Below the pieces are notes generated by a model that did no database searches, was not told the origin of the DNA, and worked only from the letters and a program-made list of their open reading frames with translations. Below are positions 54,284-64,000 of a stretch of DNA of 64,000 nucleotides, one piece after another. The stretch spans positions 18,871,566-18,935,565 of the forward strand of contig NC_068986.1 in the NCBI RefSeq assembly GCF_001194135.2, in the 5' to 3' direction. How positions within the stretch are numbered: position 1 is the stretch's first letter; each line of letters starts with the position of its first letter. Position numbers and translations under genes: made by a program. Source of the stretch: Octopus bimaculoides (lineage: Eukaryota).

Positions 54284-54399
54284 GATCCATAACTATATAT
54301 ATATATATATATATATATAACATATACCATTTATTATTCAATTGAACACGACGCGTCGATTTCCAAGTAAATATATATCTTTACGAACCTCTACCAACT

Positions 54400-54680
54400 A
54401 TTCTGACAATATGCATGTAACACACCTTTGAATGCAGTGTATGCCAGAAGGTTTGCAAATCCAACGGAGCCCTCAAAACACATGTGAAGATCCACATAGA
54501 GCAGAACGTATCTGCAGGTATTGGTGGACCAAATCAGAGGTGCAATCTATATGGATGTCTTTTCAGAAGATTGTCTGGTTTAAAAAGCCACATCAGACGC
54601 CATGATGATGCTAAGGTGTAGGTACAGGACGTGGTCAAACTCTGTAAAAGGAGTAGACATCCACAACATATATTTTTTTT
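54400..54680 (+). mobile_element. RTE-type LINE 3' end with two C2H2 zinc fingers
   Basis: 54427-54621 reads FECSVCQKVCKSNGALKTHVKIH..CNLYGCLFRRLSGLKSHIRRHDDAKV*; no TGEKP linker, in-frame stop upstream, short 3' UTR. Confidence 0.65.
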
Positions 54681-55976
54681 TATTTACATTCATATATATA
54701 TATATATATATATATATTAATGTGAGATTTGTTTGATTATTCGATGCATACAAATACACGCACGCACACCCACCCACATACATATACCCACACACAGTGC
54801 TACACTCATATGCTTATATTTATATATACGTACGTGTACAAGCAAACATATTTAAAGTCTTATTTTAAAGCTGTTTTAGATCGTCTATTGCTTTTGGAAT
54901 TAGGTTATAAATTATATTGTCTGCGTTCTTTATGCTTATTATGGAGTTGCCGTCCTCATCTTTCCGAATTTACTGATACATCCGCTCTTCATTATTATTA
55001 CTGGTTTCTTAATTTCGTTTAGTTTACTTCTAAATTGAATACGAATACAATTTATTTGAACATGTGCTCCGAAATATCAGTAGCGAGCAGTTTCCTTAAA
55101 GTAAATAAGTAGACTGTGTGAGAAAACGTATAAGAAAATTAAGGAGATATCATATATATATATATATATANNNNNNNNNNNNNNNNNNNNNNNNNNNNNN
55201 NNNNNNNNNNNNNNNNNNNNNNNNNNNNNNNNNNNNNNNNNNNNNNNNNNNNNNNNNNNNNNNNNNNNNNNNNNNNNNNNNNNNNNNNNNNNNNNNNNNN
55301 NNNNNNNNNNNNNNNNNNNNNNNNNNNNNNNNNNNNNNNNNNNNNNNNNNNNNNNNNNNNNNNNNNNNNNNNNNNNNNNNNNNNNNNNNNNNNNNNNNNN
55401 NNNNNNNNNNNNNNNNNNNNNNNNNNNNNNNNNNNNNNNNNNNNNNNNNNNNNNNNNNNNNNNNNNNNNNNNNNNNNNNNNNNNNNNNNNNNNNNNNNNN
55501 NNNNNNNNNNNNNNNNNNNNNNNNNNNNNNNNNNNNNNNNNNNNNNNNNNNNNNNNNNNNNNNNNNNNNNNNNNNNNNNNNNNNNNNNNNNNNNNNNNNN
55601 NNNNNNNNNNNNNNNNNNNNNNNNNNNNNNNNNNNNNNNNNNNNNNNNNNNNNNNNNNNNNNNNNNNNNNNNNNNNNNNNNNNNNNNNNNNNNNNNNNNA
55701 TATATATATATATATAATTCACATGAATCGGCACACACTAAAACGAAAATAATCTCAAGAGTGTAAATACATCTGTCTATATTTTCATGTATACGTATAC
55801 AGACACATGACATACGCACACACACACACACACGCACATACATATGTATATATGTGTAGTATATATAATGTGTATGCATACATGTATATACGCACGCACA
55901 CACAACTATCTATGTATGTGCGTATATGTATATATATATAGATGTATGCATACATGTACATGTATCTATGTATCTA

Positions 55977-56040
<64 letters not shown>

Positions 56041-56525
56041 TACACACACTTCACACACACACATACCGCATACACGTATGTGTTTGAACACATACATGTT
56101 CCCTCAGATATACTGCTAGTTCAGTCACAATTTATCTGAAAACTATACGTTATTTATGGCATGAAACATGGAAGAAACTTGTTTACACCAAGTGCGTATA
56201 TTAATGTTTCTACTAATGAAAAGTGTTTATAAGGTGCCACAAGTCTAGTCTTCGGCTAAAGATATTTATGTTGAGAAATAAAAGTATTTATTGTAGAATA
56301 ACAATCTTCAAGACAACTCGTTAATCACAAGATAATCTGCAATAAAACTCCTTTGATTATCGCTCTTGCTTTTATTAATATCATTGTGGAGAGTTCTGGA
56401 AAATTTTTTATGTTTTCTTTTCGCACCTGTTGTATTGATATTTATTATGATTTACCGTTCGCCCCTGAGTATGATTGTTTCGAGTGTGGTCGTACGCACA
56501 AACGCACATACAAACATGGCAAACA

Positions 56526-56596
56526 GGACACAGTCGTGTGTCGATAAGCCAGCTGGAGGAGATGTCCTCCTGGGGCTAAAAGCAACAGTAACATCC
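56526..56596 (+). repeat. Third, diverged copy of family G
   Basis: GGACACAG..GTGTCG..AGCCAGCTGGAG..GATGTC..CCTGGGG..AAA..ACAGTAACATC matches the 28.9-29.3 kb arms. Confidence 0.55.
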
Positions 56597-56678
56597 ACCC
56601 CTAGGGGTCAGCCACACTAAAGTGGCAATATACTACACTTTATCGTGCAGTTACTGTTAATACTTCATTTAGAGAATT

Positions 56679-56712
<34 letters not shown>

Positions 56713-57229
56713 NNNNNNNNNNNNNNNNNNNNNNNNNNNNNNNNNNNNNNNNNNNNNNNNNNNNNNNNNNNNNNNNNNNNNNNNNNNNNNNNNNNNNNNN
56801 NNNNNNNNNNNNNNNNNNNNNNNNNNNNNNNNNNNNNNNNNNNNNNNNNNNNNNNNNNNNNNNNNNNNNNNNNNNNNNNNNNNNNNNNNNNNNNNNNNNN
56901 NNNNNNNNNNNNNNNNNNNNNNNNNNNNNNNNNNNNNNNNNNNNNNNNNNNNNNNNNNNNNNNNNNNNNNNNNNNNNNNATATATATATAATACATCAAG
57001 TACAGGACATCACCAACGAGTGAAAAATAAGTAGACACACGAGTGATAAGTACAGGACAAATTACAAAAGAAGAATCAATAAGAACAGGGCATCACCAAC
57101 CAGTGGAAAATACTTGAACACATAATGAGAGACAAGTATGGGACAGAATACCTAAAGAAATCTAACCCCACCTCAGTCATCGACTGTTAATTACTCCGTA
57201 TTTCGAGATTATATGGATTCCTAAACAGT

Positions 57230-57277
<48 letters not shown>

Positions 57278-57576
57278 CAGAGAGGGAGAGAGGCAGAGAT
57301 TGAGAGAGACAGAGATGTAAATGTAGAGATAAGCAGCTTCGACAAATCAGTGTATAATGCATATTATGCAGCTGAAATACCACAAGTGTATATATATATG
57401 GACACACAGGAATATCCGACTTACCCTACAGATGATATAGAGGATTAAAGGGGTCGAACAAAAATATTACAAATTCAACAGCTTTTTGTAAGGCTTCGGT
57501 GGTCCAAAATAATATTTGTACATAGCCTCCGCCTTCAGGTGCTAAAAGAAACAATTTCAAAGATAGAATCGTTTCT

Positions 57577-57689
57577 CATTATTTACATTTGACGGATATT
57601 TGTCCTCATCTTATTTGTTGTCAACACGTTTCATCAGGTGCCTTGAGGAAGTTCCCAAACTGTGTTCTCATACCTGTGGTATTTTTCGA

Positions 57690-57690
<1 letters not shown>
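57577..57690 (-). mobile_element. Family E copy 2 (hammerhead stem II deleted)
   Basis: (AAT)n-ATCGAAAAATACC..GGCAC-CTGATGAAACGT-GTTGACAACAAATAAGATGAGGACAAATATCCGTCAAATGT. Confidence 0.75.
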
Positions 57691-57733
<43 letters not shown>

Positions 57734-57738
<5 letters not shown>

Positions 57739-58525
57739 ATAGAAATGATTGAGGTAACTCCTCCTGAAGATATAGAGTCAAAATTAAAAGAAGAGTGCCA
57801 TTTGTTATCTAGTGAACGATATTTCGACATCTCGTGTGTCTTCACCAGTTGAAGACACACGAGATGTCGAAATATCGTTCACTAGATAACAAATGGCANN
57901 NNNNNNNNNNNNNNNNNNNNNNNNNNNNNNNNNNNNNNNNNNNNNNNNNNNNNNNNNNNNNNNNNNNNNNNNNNNNNNNNNNNNNNNNNNNNNNNNNNNN
58001 NNNNNNNNNNNNNNNNNNNNNNNNNNNNNNNNNNNNNNNNNNNNNNNNNNNNNNNNNNNNNNNNNNNNNNNNNNNNNNNNNNNNNNNNNNNNNNNNNNNN
58101 NNNNNNNNNNNNNNNNNNNNNNNNNNNNNNNNNNNNNNNNNNNNNNNNNNNNNNNNNNNNNNNNNNNNNNNNNNNNNNNNNNNNNNNNNNNNNNNNNNNN
58201 NNNNNNNNNNNNNNNNNNNNNNNNNNNNNNNNNNNNNNNNNNNNNNNNNNNNNNNNNNNNNNNNNNNNNNNNNNNNNNNNNNNNNNNNNNNNNNNNNNNN
58301 NNNNNNNNNNNNNNNNNNNNNNNNNNNNNNNNNNNNNNNNNNNNNNNNNNNNNNNNNNTTTTAATTTTGACTCTATATCTTCAGGAGGAGTTACCTCAAT
58401 CCTTTCTATATTAACCAAAATGAAGTAGATTGACAAATTTATTTTTTGAACCAGTTGAAGACACACGAGATGTCGAAATATCGTTCACTAGATAACAAAT
58501 GACACTCTTCTTTTAATTTTGACTC

Positions 58526-58527
<2 letters not shown>
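57734..58527 (+). repeat. 152-bp hammerhead-like monomer: inverted partial copy plus tandem copies spanning a 460-N gap
   Basis: Left arm 57734-57844 is the reverse complement of 57850-57898 plus 58359-58414 (5-nt spacer). The monomer restarts at 58452. Fold TGAAC-CAGTTGA-A-GACA..TGTC-GAA-ATAT-C-GTTCA at 58447-58487. Confidence 0.8.
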
Positions 58528-58622
<95 letters not shown>

Positions 58623-58631
58623 GTTATTGTT

Positions 58632-58754
58632 ATGAAGGCTGGAAGGTATATCAGCCGAAACGTTGTGTTAACGACAAACAAGATGAGAACAAATATCCGT
58701 CAAATGTAAATAATGTAAATAATGTACATAATACATCTCTTAAATATAGAACTG
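58632..58754 (+). mobile_element. Family E copy 3 (stem II and GAAA box intact, 5' truncated)
   Basis: ATGA-A-GGCTG-GAAGGTATAT-CAGCC-GAAACGTT-GTGTT then the family E tail ending AAATATAGAACTG. Confidence 0.8.
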
Positions 58755-58920
58755 TAGAATCATTTTTATATTTTACGTATTTAATATATTTTATATATTG
58801 ATCTGTCTAACGAGTTCATCCCTACATTTAATTTTATACCGGATCAAGTTTAAATCTCTTGAGTAGTACTAAGTCTACTTTACACGGAGAATATCTGATA
58901 CTCTTCTATGATATATATAT

Positions 58921-59272
58921 GCGCAAGAGTGGCTATGTCGGAAGTAGTTTGCTTACCAATCACATCGTTACGGGTTCAGTCCCACTGCGTGACCCCTTAG
59001 GCATTTGTGCCTTCCACTAGAGCCTCGGGTGACCAAATCCTTGTAAGTGGATTTGGTAAACGGAAACTGAAAGAAGCCAATCGTATATGTATATATAGGT
59101 ATATATAGGAGAAGAAAAAGGATATAATAACAATGGGAAACTCGTGGATTTCGCTGGTATGTATACATAAACAGAGGTGTGTGCGCGCGTGTGTGTGTGT
59201 GTGTTTGCCCCCCCCCCCCGATGTCGCTTGAGAAATGATGATGTTGTGTTTACGACCCCGTAACTTAGCGGT
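58921..59272 (+). mobile_element. SINE family B with internal TA/TG tract
   Basis: GGGTTCAGTCCCACTGCG..GTGGATTTGGTAAACGGAAACTGAAAGAAGCC..CCCCGTAACTTAGCGGT. Confidence 0.9.
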
Positions 59273-59289
59273 NNNNNNNNNNTGGAGTC

Positions 59290-60460
59290 AATGACAGTTA
59301 TTTTTTAGTCACTACAATTCTTTCCAGGGAAACTAGTTATCCCAAAATGCAGGTATTTTATTATGTAACTGTTTGTATATTGAGATGTAGTTGTGTTACC
59401 TGAGGGGACATTCTAGTGTTGTCTCCGTTAGTTTAAAATCATTGACTTCAAAGCTATCCCCTCCGCCCGTCATGGTTTGAATTTAATATATATTTTTGCT
59501 CGACTGAATTTGCCTGTCTATCAGGTTCTCATTACTCAGCAGGATGCATAAGGCTTCCTCAAAGCAAGGTTCGCATGTACTTGATAGCGAACTGCATGGG
59601 TGTGCATTTTGTATTATCGACCTGCCTTCAATCTCCATGTCACATCTACTAGTGAAGTTACGTGTCGTCTGTTTACCTTTCGGAATGATGAGATATGGTT
59701 GCGATAACGACACTTAAATTGTTTTTCTGAGACACCTATGCATGCGTATTTGTGCTGTGGTGTAGTGATTGTGGATTTGTATATCATGTTTTTTGGGACA
59801 CATTGGTTCATGAGTGGACATGCGGATTTCTTGCGGCAGGTGCAGATATTTGTACTATTATTATTTTCGTTTTAATCTGGTAATTTGTTTATTATTATGT
59901 TTTTGTAATGTTCTGTTTGATTGTTAATGTCTGAAACATTCTTGATGTTGTAATCTTTATGGTGATTCTTTTTTAGATTTTGTTTTAATTTTATTGCGAC
60001 CGTTGGGTAACGTTATCTAAGTTTTTGTAGGTATTTCTTTTGTATATTTTTGTTACTGGCCCTATATCCTGTGTTGTTTTGATCTGTTTGTTCATTGTCT
60101 TCGGGCGATGTTTGCACGTTAATTTTCCTATTGTTGTATTTATGTATGTAGTACTCCATATTGTTAGATGTTACGTACGATACAGTCACTATATCCTTGT
60201 TGAATATACTGTGGCATTTGTGTGTATTGGGGAAGCACCTATCTTACGCTGCGAGGAATTGTTTTCCTATCTTGGATATTTGCAATCCGAAAATTGGATT
60301 ATGCCACAGGACTTTTGAATTTTTGTATCTTTTACTTTGTTGCTTCAACCAATTTTGCACGTTGTCATTTTGTGTCTTTTTTTCCTATTATTTCTATTCT
60401 TTTGGGTTATGTTTATTTTCCTCCAAATTTGCCTTTGTTTTTCGTATTTTTCCGTTTTTA
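59290..60460 (-). mobile_element. Penelope-like retroelement fragment (RT-linker and GIY-YIG endonuclease), decayed
   Basis: KNMIYKSTI..ACIGVSEKQFKCRYRNHISSFR (GIY-YIG), CEPCFEEALCIL..ENLIDR, and upstream WHNPIFG..IGKQFLAA*DRCFP..IFNK..VSY. Confidence 0.9.
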
Positions 60461-61289
60461 NNNNNNNNNNNNNNNNNNNNNNNNNNNNNNNNNNNNNNNN
60501 NNNNNNNNNNNNNNNNNNNNNNNNNNNNNNNNNNNNNNNNNNNNNNNNNNNNNNNNNNNNNNNNNNNNNNNNNNNNNNNNNNNNNNNNNNNNNNNNNNNN
60601 NNNNNNNNNNNNNNNNNNNNNNNNNNNNNNNNNNNNNNNNNNNNNNNNNNNNNNNNNNNNNNNNNNNNNNNNNNNNNNNNNNNNNNNNNNNNNNNNNNNN
60701 NNNNNNNNNNNNNNNNNNNNNNNNNNNNNNNNNNNNNNNNNNNNNNNNNNNNNNNNNNNNNNNNNNNNNNNNNNNNNNNNNNNNNNNNNNNNNNNNNNNN
60801 NNNNNNNNNNNNNNNNNNNNNNNNNNNNNNNNNNNNNNNNNNNNNNNNNNNNNNNNNNNNNNNNNNNNNNNNNNNNNNNNNNNNNNNNNNNNNNNNNNNN
60901 NNNNNNNNNNNNNNNNNNNNNNNNNNNNNNNNNNNNNNNNNNNNNNNNNNNNNNNNNNNNNNNNNNNNNNNNNNNNNNNNNNNNNNNNNNNNNNNNNNNN
61001 NNNNNNNNNNNNNNNNNNNNNNNNNNNNNNNNNNNNNNNNNNNNNNNNNNNNNNNNNNNNNNNNNNNNNNNNNNNNNNNNNNNNNNNNNNNNNNNNNNNN
61101 NNNNNNNNNNNNNNNNNNNNNNNNNNNNNNNNNNNNNNNNNNNNNNAGAGAGCGAGAGAGAGAGAGCGAGAGAGAGAGAGCGAGAGAGAGAGAGCGAGAG
61201 AGAGAGAGCGAGAGAGAGAGAGCGAGAGAGAGAGAGCGACAGAAATATATACATACATACATATGTGTGTCTGTCAGTGTGTTTGTGTG

Positions 61290-61572
61290 TGTAGGTGCAA
61301 TGGTCCAGTGTTTAGGGCGGCGGACGCGCGGTCGTAGGATCGTGGTTTCGATTTCCAGACCGGGCGTTGTGAGTGTCTATTGAGCGAAAACACTTAAAGC
61401 TCCACAAGGCTCCGACAGGGGCTGATAATGAGCCCTGCTGTACTCTTTCACCACAACTTTCTCTCACTATTTCTTCCCGTTTCTGTTTTACCTGTATTTC
61501 AAAGGGTTAGCCATGTCACACTGTGTAACGCTGAATCTCCCCAGAAATACCTTAAGGTTACACGCGTCTCTG
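61290..61572 (+). mobile_element. SINE family C, 5' portion
   Basis: GTGCAATGGTCCAGTGTTTAGGGCGGCGGAC..GGTTTCGATTTCCAGACCGGGCGTTGTGAG. Confidence 0.9.
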
Positions 61573-62611
61573 GATTGAGAGATAGTGATAGATAGATAAA
61601 TACATACATACATGCATACATACATACATACATGCATGCATGCATGCATGCACCCATGCATACATACATACATACATACATACATACATGCCTGCATACA
61701 TACATAGTTGTGTCAAAAATCTATAGACTTATTTCGCCAGTTCAAAATCCTTTCCAGTGATCAATTCCTCCTTATACTTAGTAGTGATAAAATCTATGGT
61801 ACATTTTTCTTACACTAAATGAAGTTTATCTTGCCAGACTCTCTTACAAGTAATTTTGGACATGTCTATCCAGAAATTGATTTAAGTTCTGGAACGAGAT
61901 TGAACCAAAAATATTTTGCAGAAGCCACATTAGGTTTAAATAGGATTTATATCTTCTCATTTAAAGCATTCTCAAACTATGTGATTCCAAGTAGCAAGAT
62001 AGATAATAAATAAGTTAATATTTCATATGTTAATATCAAGTTATATTTATTTAAATTATTCAGATGGTATCAGTAGATTTACAGGGAGGAAATTATATCT
62101 CATGCAAATTGTAGAAACAATTAATAATGGAACGCTGCCATTATTAAATGTCTCAAATGAAAAACTTTTATATTCAAAAAGATAATATATGATTTCAAGT
62201 AATTGTTTCGCATTTAAAAAGATTCGCACATCTAAAGGAGTCACTGACTGTAATATTTAAACTATGAGAAATATATGCAAGCACTATAATACATTAACAC
62301 GTGAGAATTTTAAAAATCGAATCTAGTTGCTAATCTAATTTACTTTCAATGTAGACAAATGAAAGAGATTGTTAAAAATTTCCTATAGTATTTGAAAACC
62401 TTTATAGCTTTACCATTAGAAATGTAGAATTTTAATAACAACTTTCTTTCTCCATCTCTGGCCCTCTGTCTCTCTTTATCTGTCTCCGTCTCTGTCAAAT
62501 TCTGGGAGCGTGCGTTTGTGATTATTTATGTGTGATTCTGTGTGCGTATGCATTTTTATCTATGTGTGTGTGTAATATTAGAGGTGTATAACAAACAATG
62601 CAAATGAGGGA

Positions 62612-62743
62612 AAAAGAGGAAGTGAGAGAGAGGAAGTGAGAGAGAGGAAGTGAGAGAGAGGAAGTGAGAGAGAGGAAGTGAGAGAGAGGAAGTGAGAGAG
62701 AGGAAGTGAGAGAGAGGAAGTGAGAGAGAGGAAGTGAGAGAGA
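62612..62743. repeat. 14-bp tandem repeat (GGAAGTGAGAGAGA)n
   Basis: About 9 perfect units running into a gap. Confidence 0.95.
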
Positions 62744-62914
62744 NNNNNNNNNNNNNNNNNNNNNNNNNNNNNNNNNNNNNNNNNNNNNNNNNNNNNNNNN
62801 NNNNNNNNNNNNNNNNNNNNNNNNNNNNNNNNNNNNNNNNNNNNNNNNNNNNNNNNNNNNNNNNNNNNNNNNNNNNNNNNNNNNNNNNNNNNNNNNNNNN
62901 NNNNNNNNNNNNNN

Positions 62915-62982
<68 letters not shown>

Positions 62983-62984
62983 TG

Positions 62985-63082
62985 TAAGCCTGCGAGCTGG
63001 CAGAATCGTTAGCACGCTGGCTGAAATGCTTAGCGATATTTCACATGTTGCTACGTACTGATTTCAAATTCCGCCCAGGTCG
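62985..63082 (+). mobile_element. SINE family A head
   Basis: GCGAGCTGGCAGAATCGTTAGCACGC..TTTCAAATTCCGCCCAGGTCG. Confidence 0.8.
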
Positions 63083-63084
63083 TT

Positions 63085-63975
63085 TGTACCTCTCAACACA
63101 GTTGAAACACTTCTGTCACACGGGACCTTGAAAACTGCTAGAAAGCCAATGTCGGTGCCAGACGTGCTGTCAAGTATTTCCACAAACTTGGTTACTATAA
63201 CAGAGCAACCTTGAAGGAAGCCACTTCTTCGATCAGCCAGCATCAAGTGAAGTAAGATTGGGCTAGTGAGATGGTCGGTGGAGAGGCCACTAGTATTTTG
63301 GGACATTGTCATAGTCTCTGATGAGTCCAGATTCGCGGTATTTCCTGATAGTGGTCGAGTGTGGTTCTGGATACTGTGATCAAGAATTTGATAAGAAAGA
63401 TTGCAACCATCAATGAAGCATGGCAGCTATTCTGTGATGGTCTGGGGAGCAATTTGGAGCAATGGTTGATCGAAGCTGGTGGAGTGCGAGGGAAATATAA
63501 ACTCAGATAAATACGCGTCCATATTGTAGAAAGGATTCCTTCAAATCTTCTTCAGTGGTGAAATGAGTAAATACTCTTTATTTATGGAAGATTGAGCTCC
63601 TTGTCGCACGGCTAAGATGATCCAAACTTTAACGGATGACAATAGAATTTAAAAGCTTTCATTGCCAAGCACGTCAAGTGATATAAAACCTATATAGCAC
63701 CTCTGGGACATAATGAACAGGACACGTCATAAAAAGAAAAAAAGACAGCATATTTAGAGCCAGATATTTCAAGATTACTGCATGAACCATGACAAAAAAT
63801 TCCACAAGACAATATTCGGCATTTGATCAGTAAAATGGAAGAATGCAAAGCGCATGTCTACTACATTTTAAATATTCACATTATTACAATTAGTAAATAA
63901 TCTGTGTGTATAACTTCCGATATAAAAATAAATGTTAATGCTTATAAGGGTGTTTATTCACTTCTGCTATGTCTG
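63085..63975 (+). mobile_element. Tc1-like (DD34E) transposon, decayed, right TIR present
   Basis: VIVSDESRF, SVMVWGAIW, FMED*APCRTAK and KPI*HLWDIM; right end GGGTGTTTATTCACTTCTGCTATGTCTG before (TA)n. Confidence 0.9.
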
Positions 63976-64000
63976 TCTATATATATATATATATATATAT

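Noticed and set aside
57734-58527. CRISPR-like array
   Set aside because: Eukaryotic context and identical units with no unique spacers.
61819-62170. ORF 61819..62013 and a possible exon DGISRFTGRK..YSKR*
   Set aside because: No recognisable domain and weak splice support.
63318-63328. CTGATGAGTCC, a perfect hammerhead 5' core
   Set aside because: It encodes S-D-E-S of the Tc1 catalytic motif; no stem II partner or GAAA follows.

Overview
AT-rich eukaryotic genomic DNA, dense in microsatellites, with about 18 N-gaps that mostly sit in (TA)n tracts. The SINE families and repeat landscape suggest a cephalopod, most likely Octopus (inference from recalled repeat families, no database search). 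I find no confidently supported host protein-coding gene; the window looks intronic or intergenic, and most listed ORFs are microsatellite or N-gap artefacts. Mobile DNA identified: three tRNA-derived SINE families (about 20 copies), six fragments of R4/Dong-like RLE LINEs lying in trinucleotide repeats, RTE and CR1/Jockey-group 3' ends, a Penelope (GIY-YIG) fragment, two mariners, a Tc1, two TIR elements and a decayed Crypton-like tyrosine recombinase. The most unusual signal is a set of minimal type I hammerhead-ribozyme-like folds in at least four unrelated short repeats. They have palindromic stem III and an extra A after the CUGANGA box, and they sit in inverted or tandem structures typical of Penelope/retrozyme retroposition. 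One is a 152-bp tandem monomer whose assembly gap fits three more units; another appears linked to a tRNA-derived head. A SIDE-like internally deleted Dong/R4 element is also present. No ribozyme activity can be shown from sequence alone.
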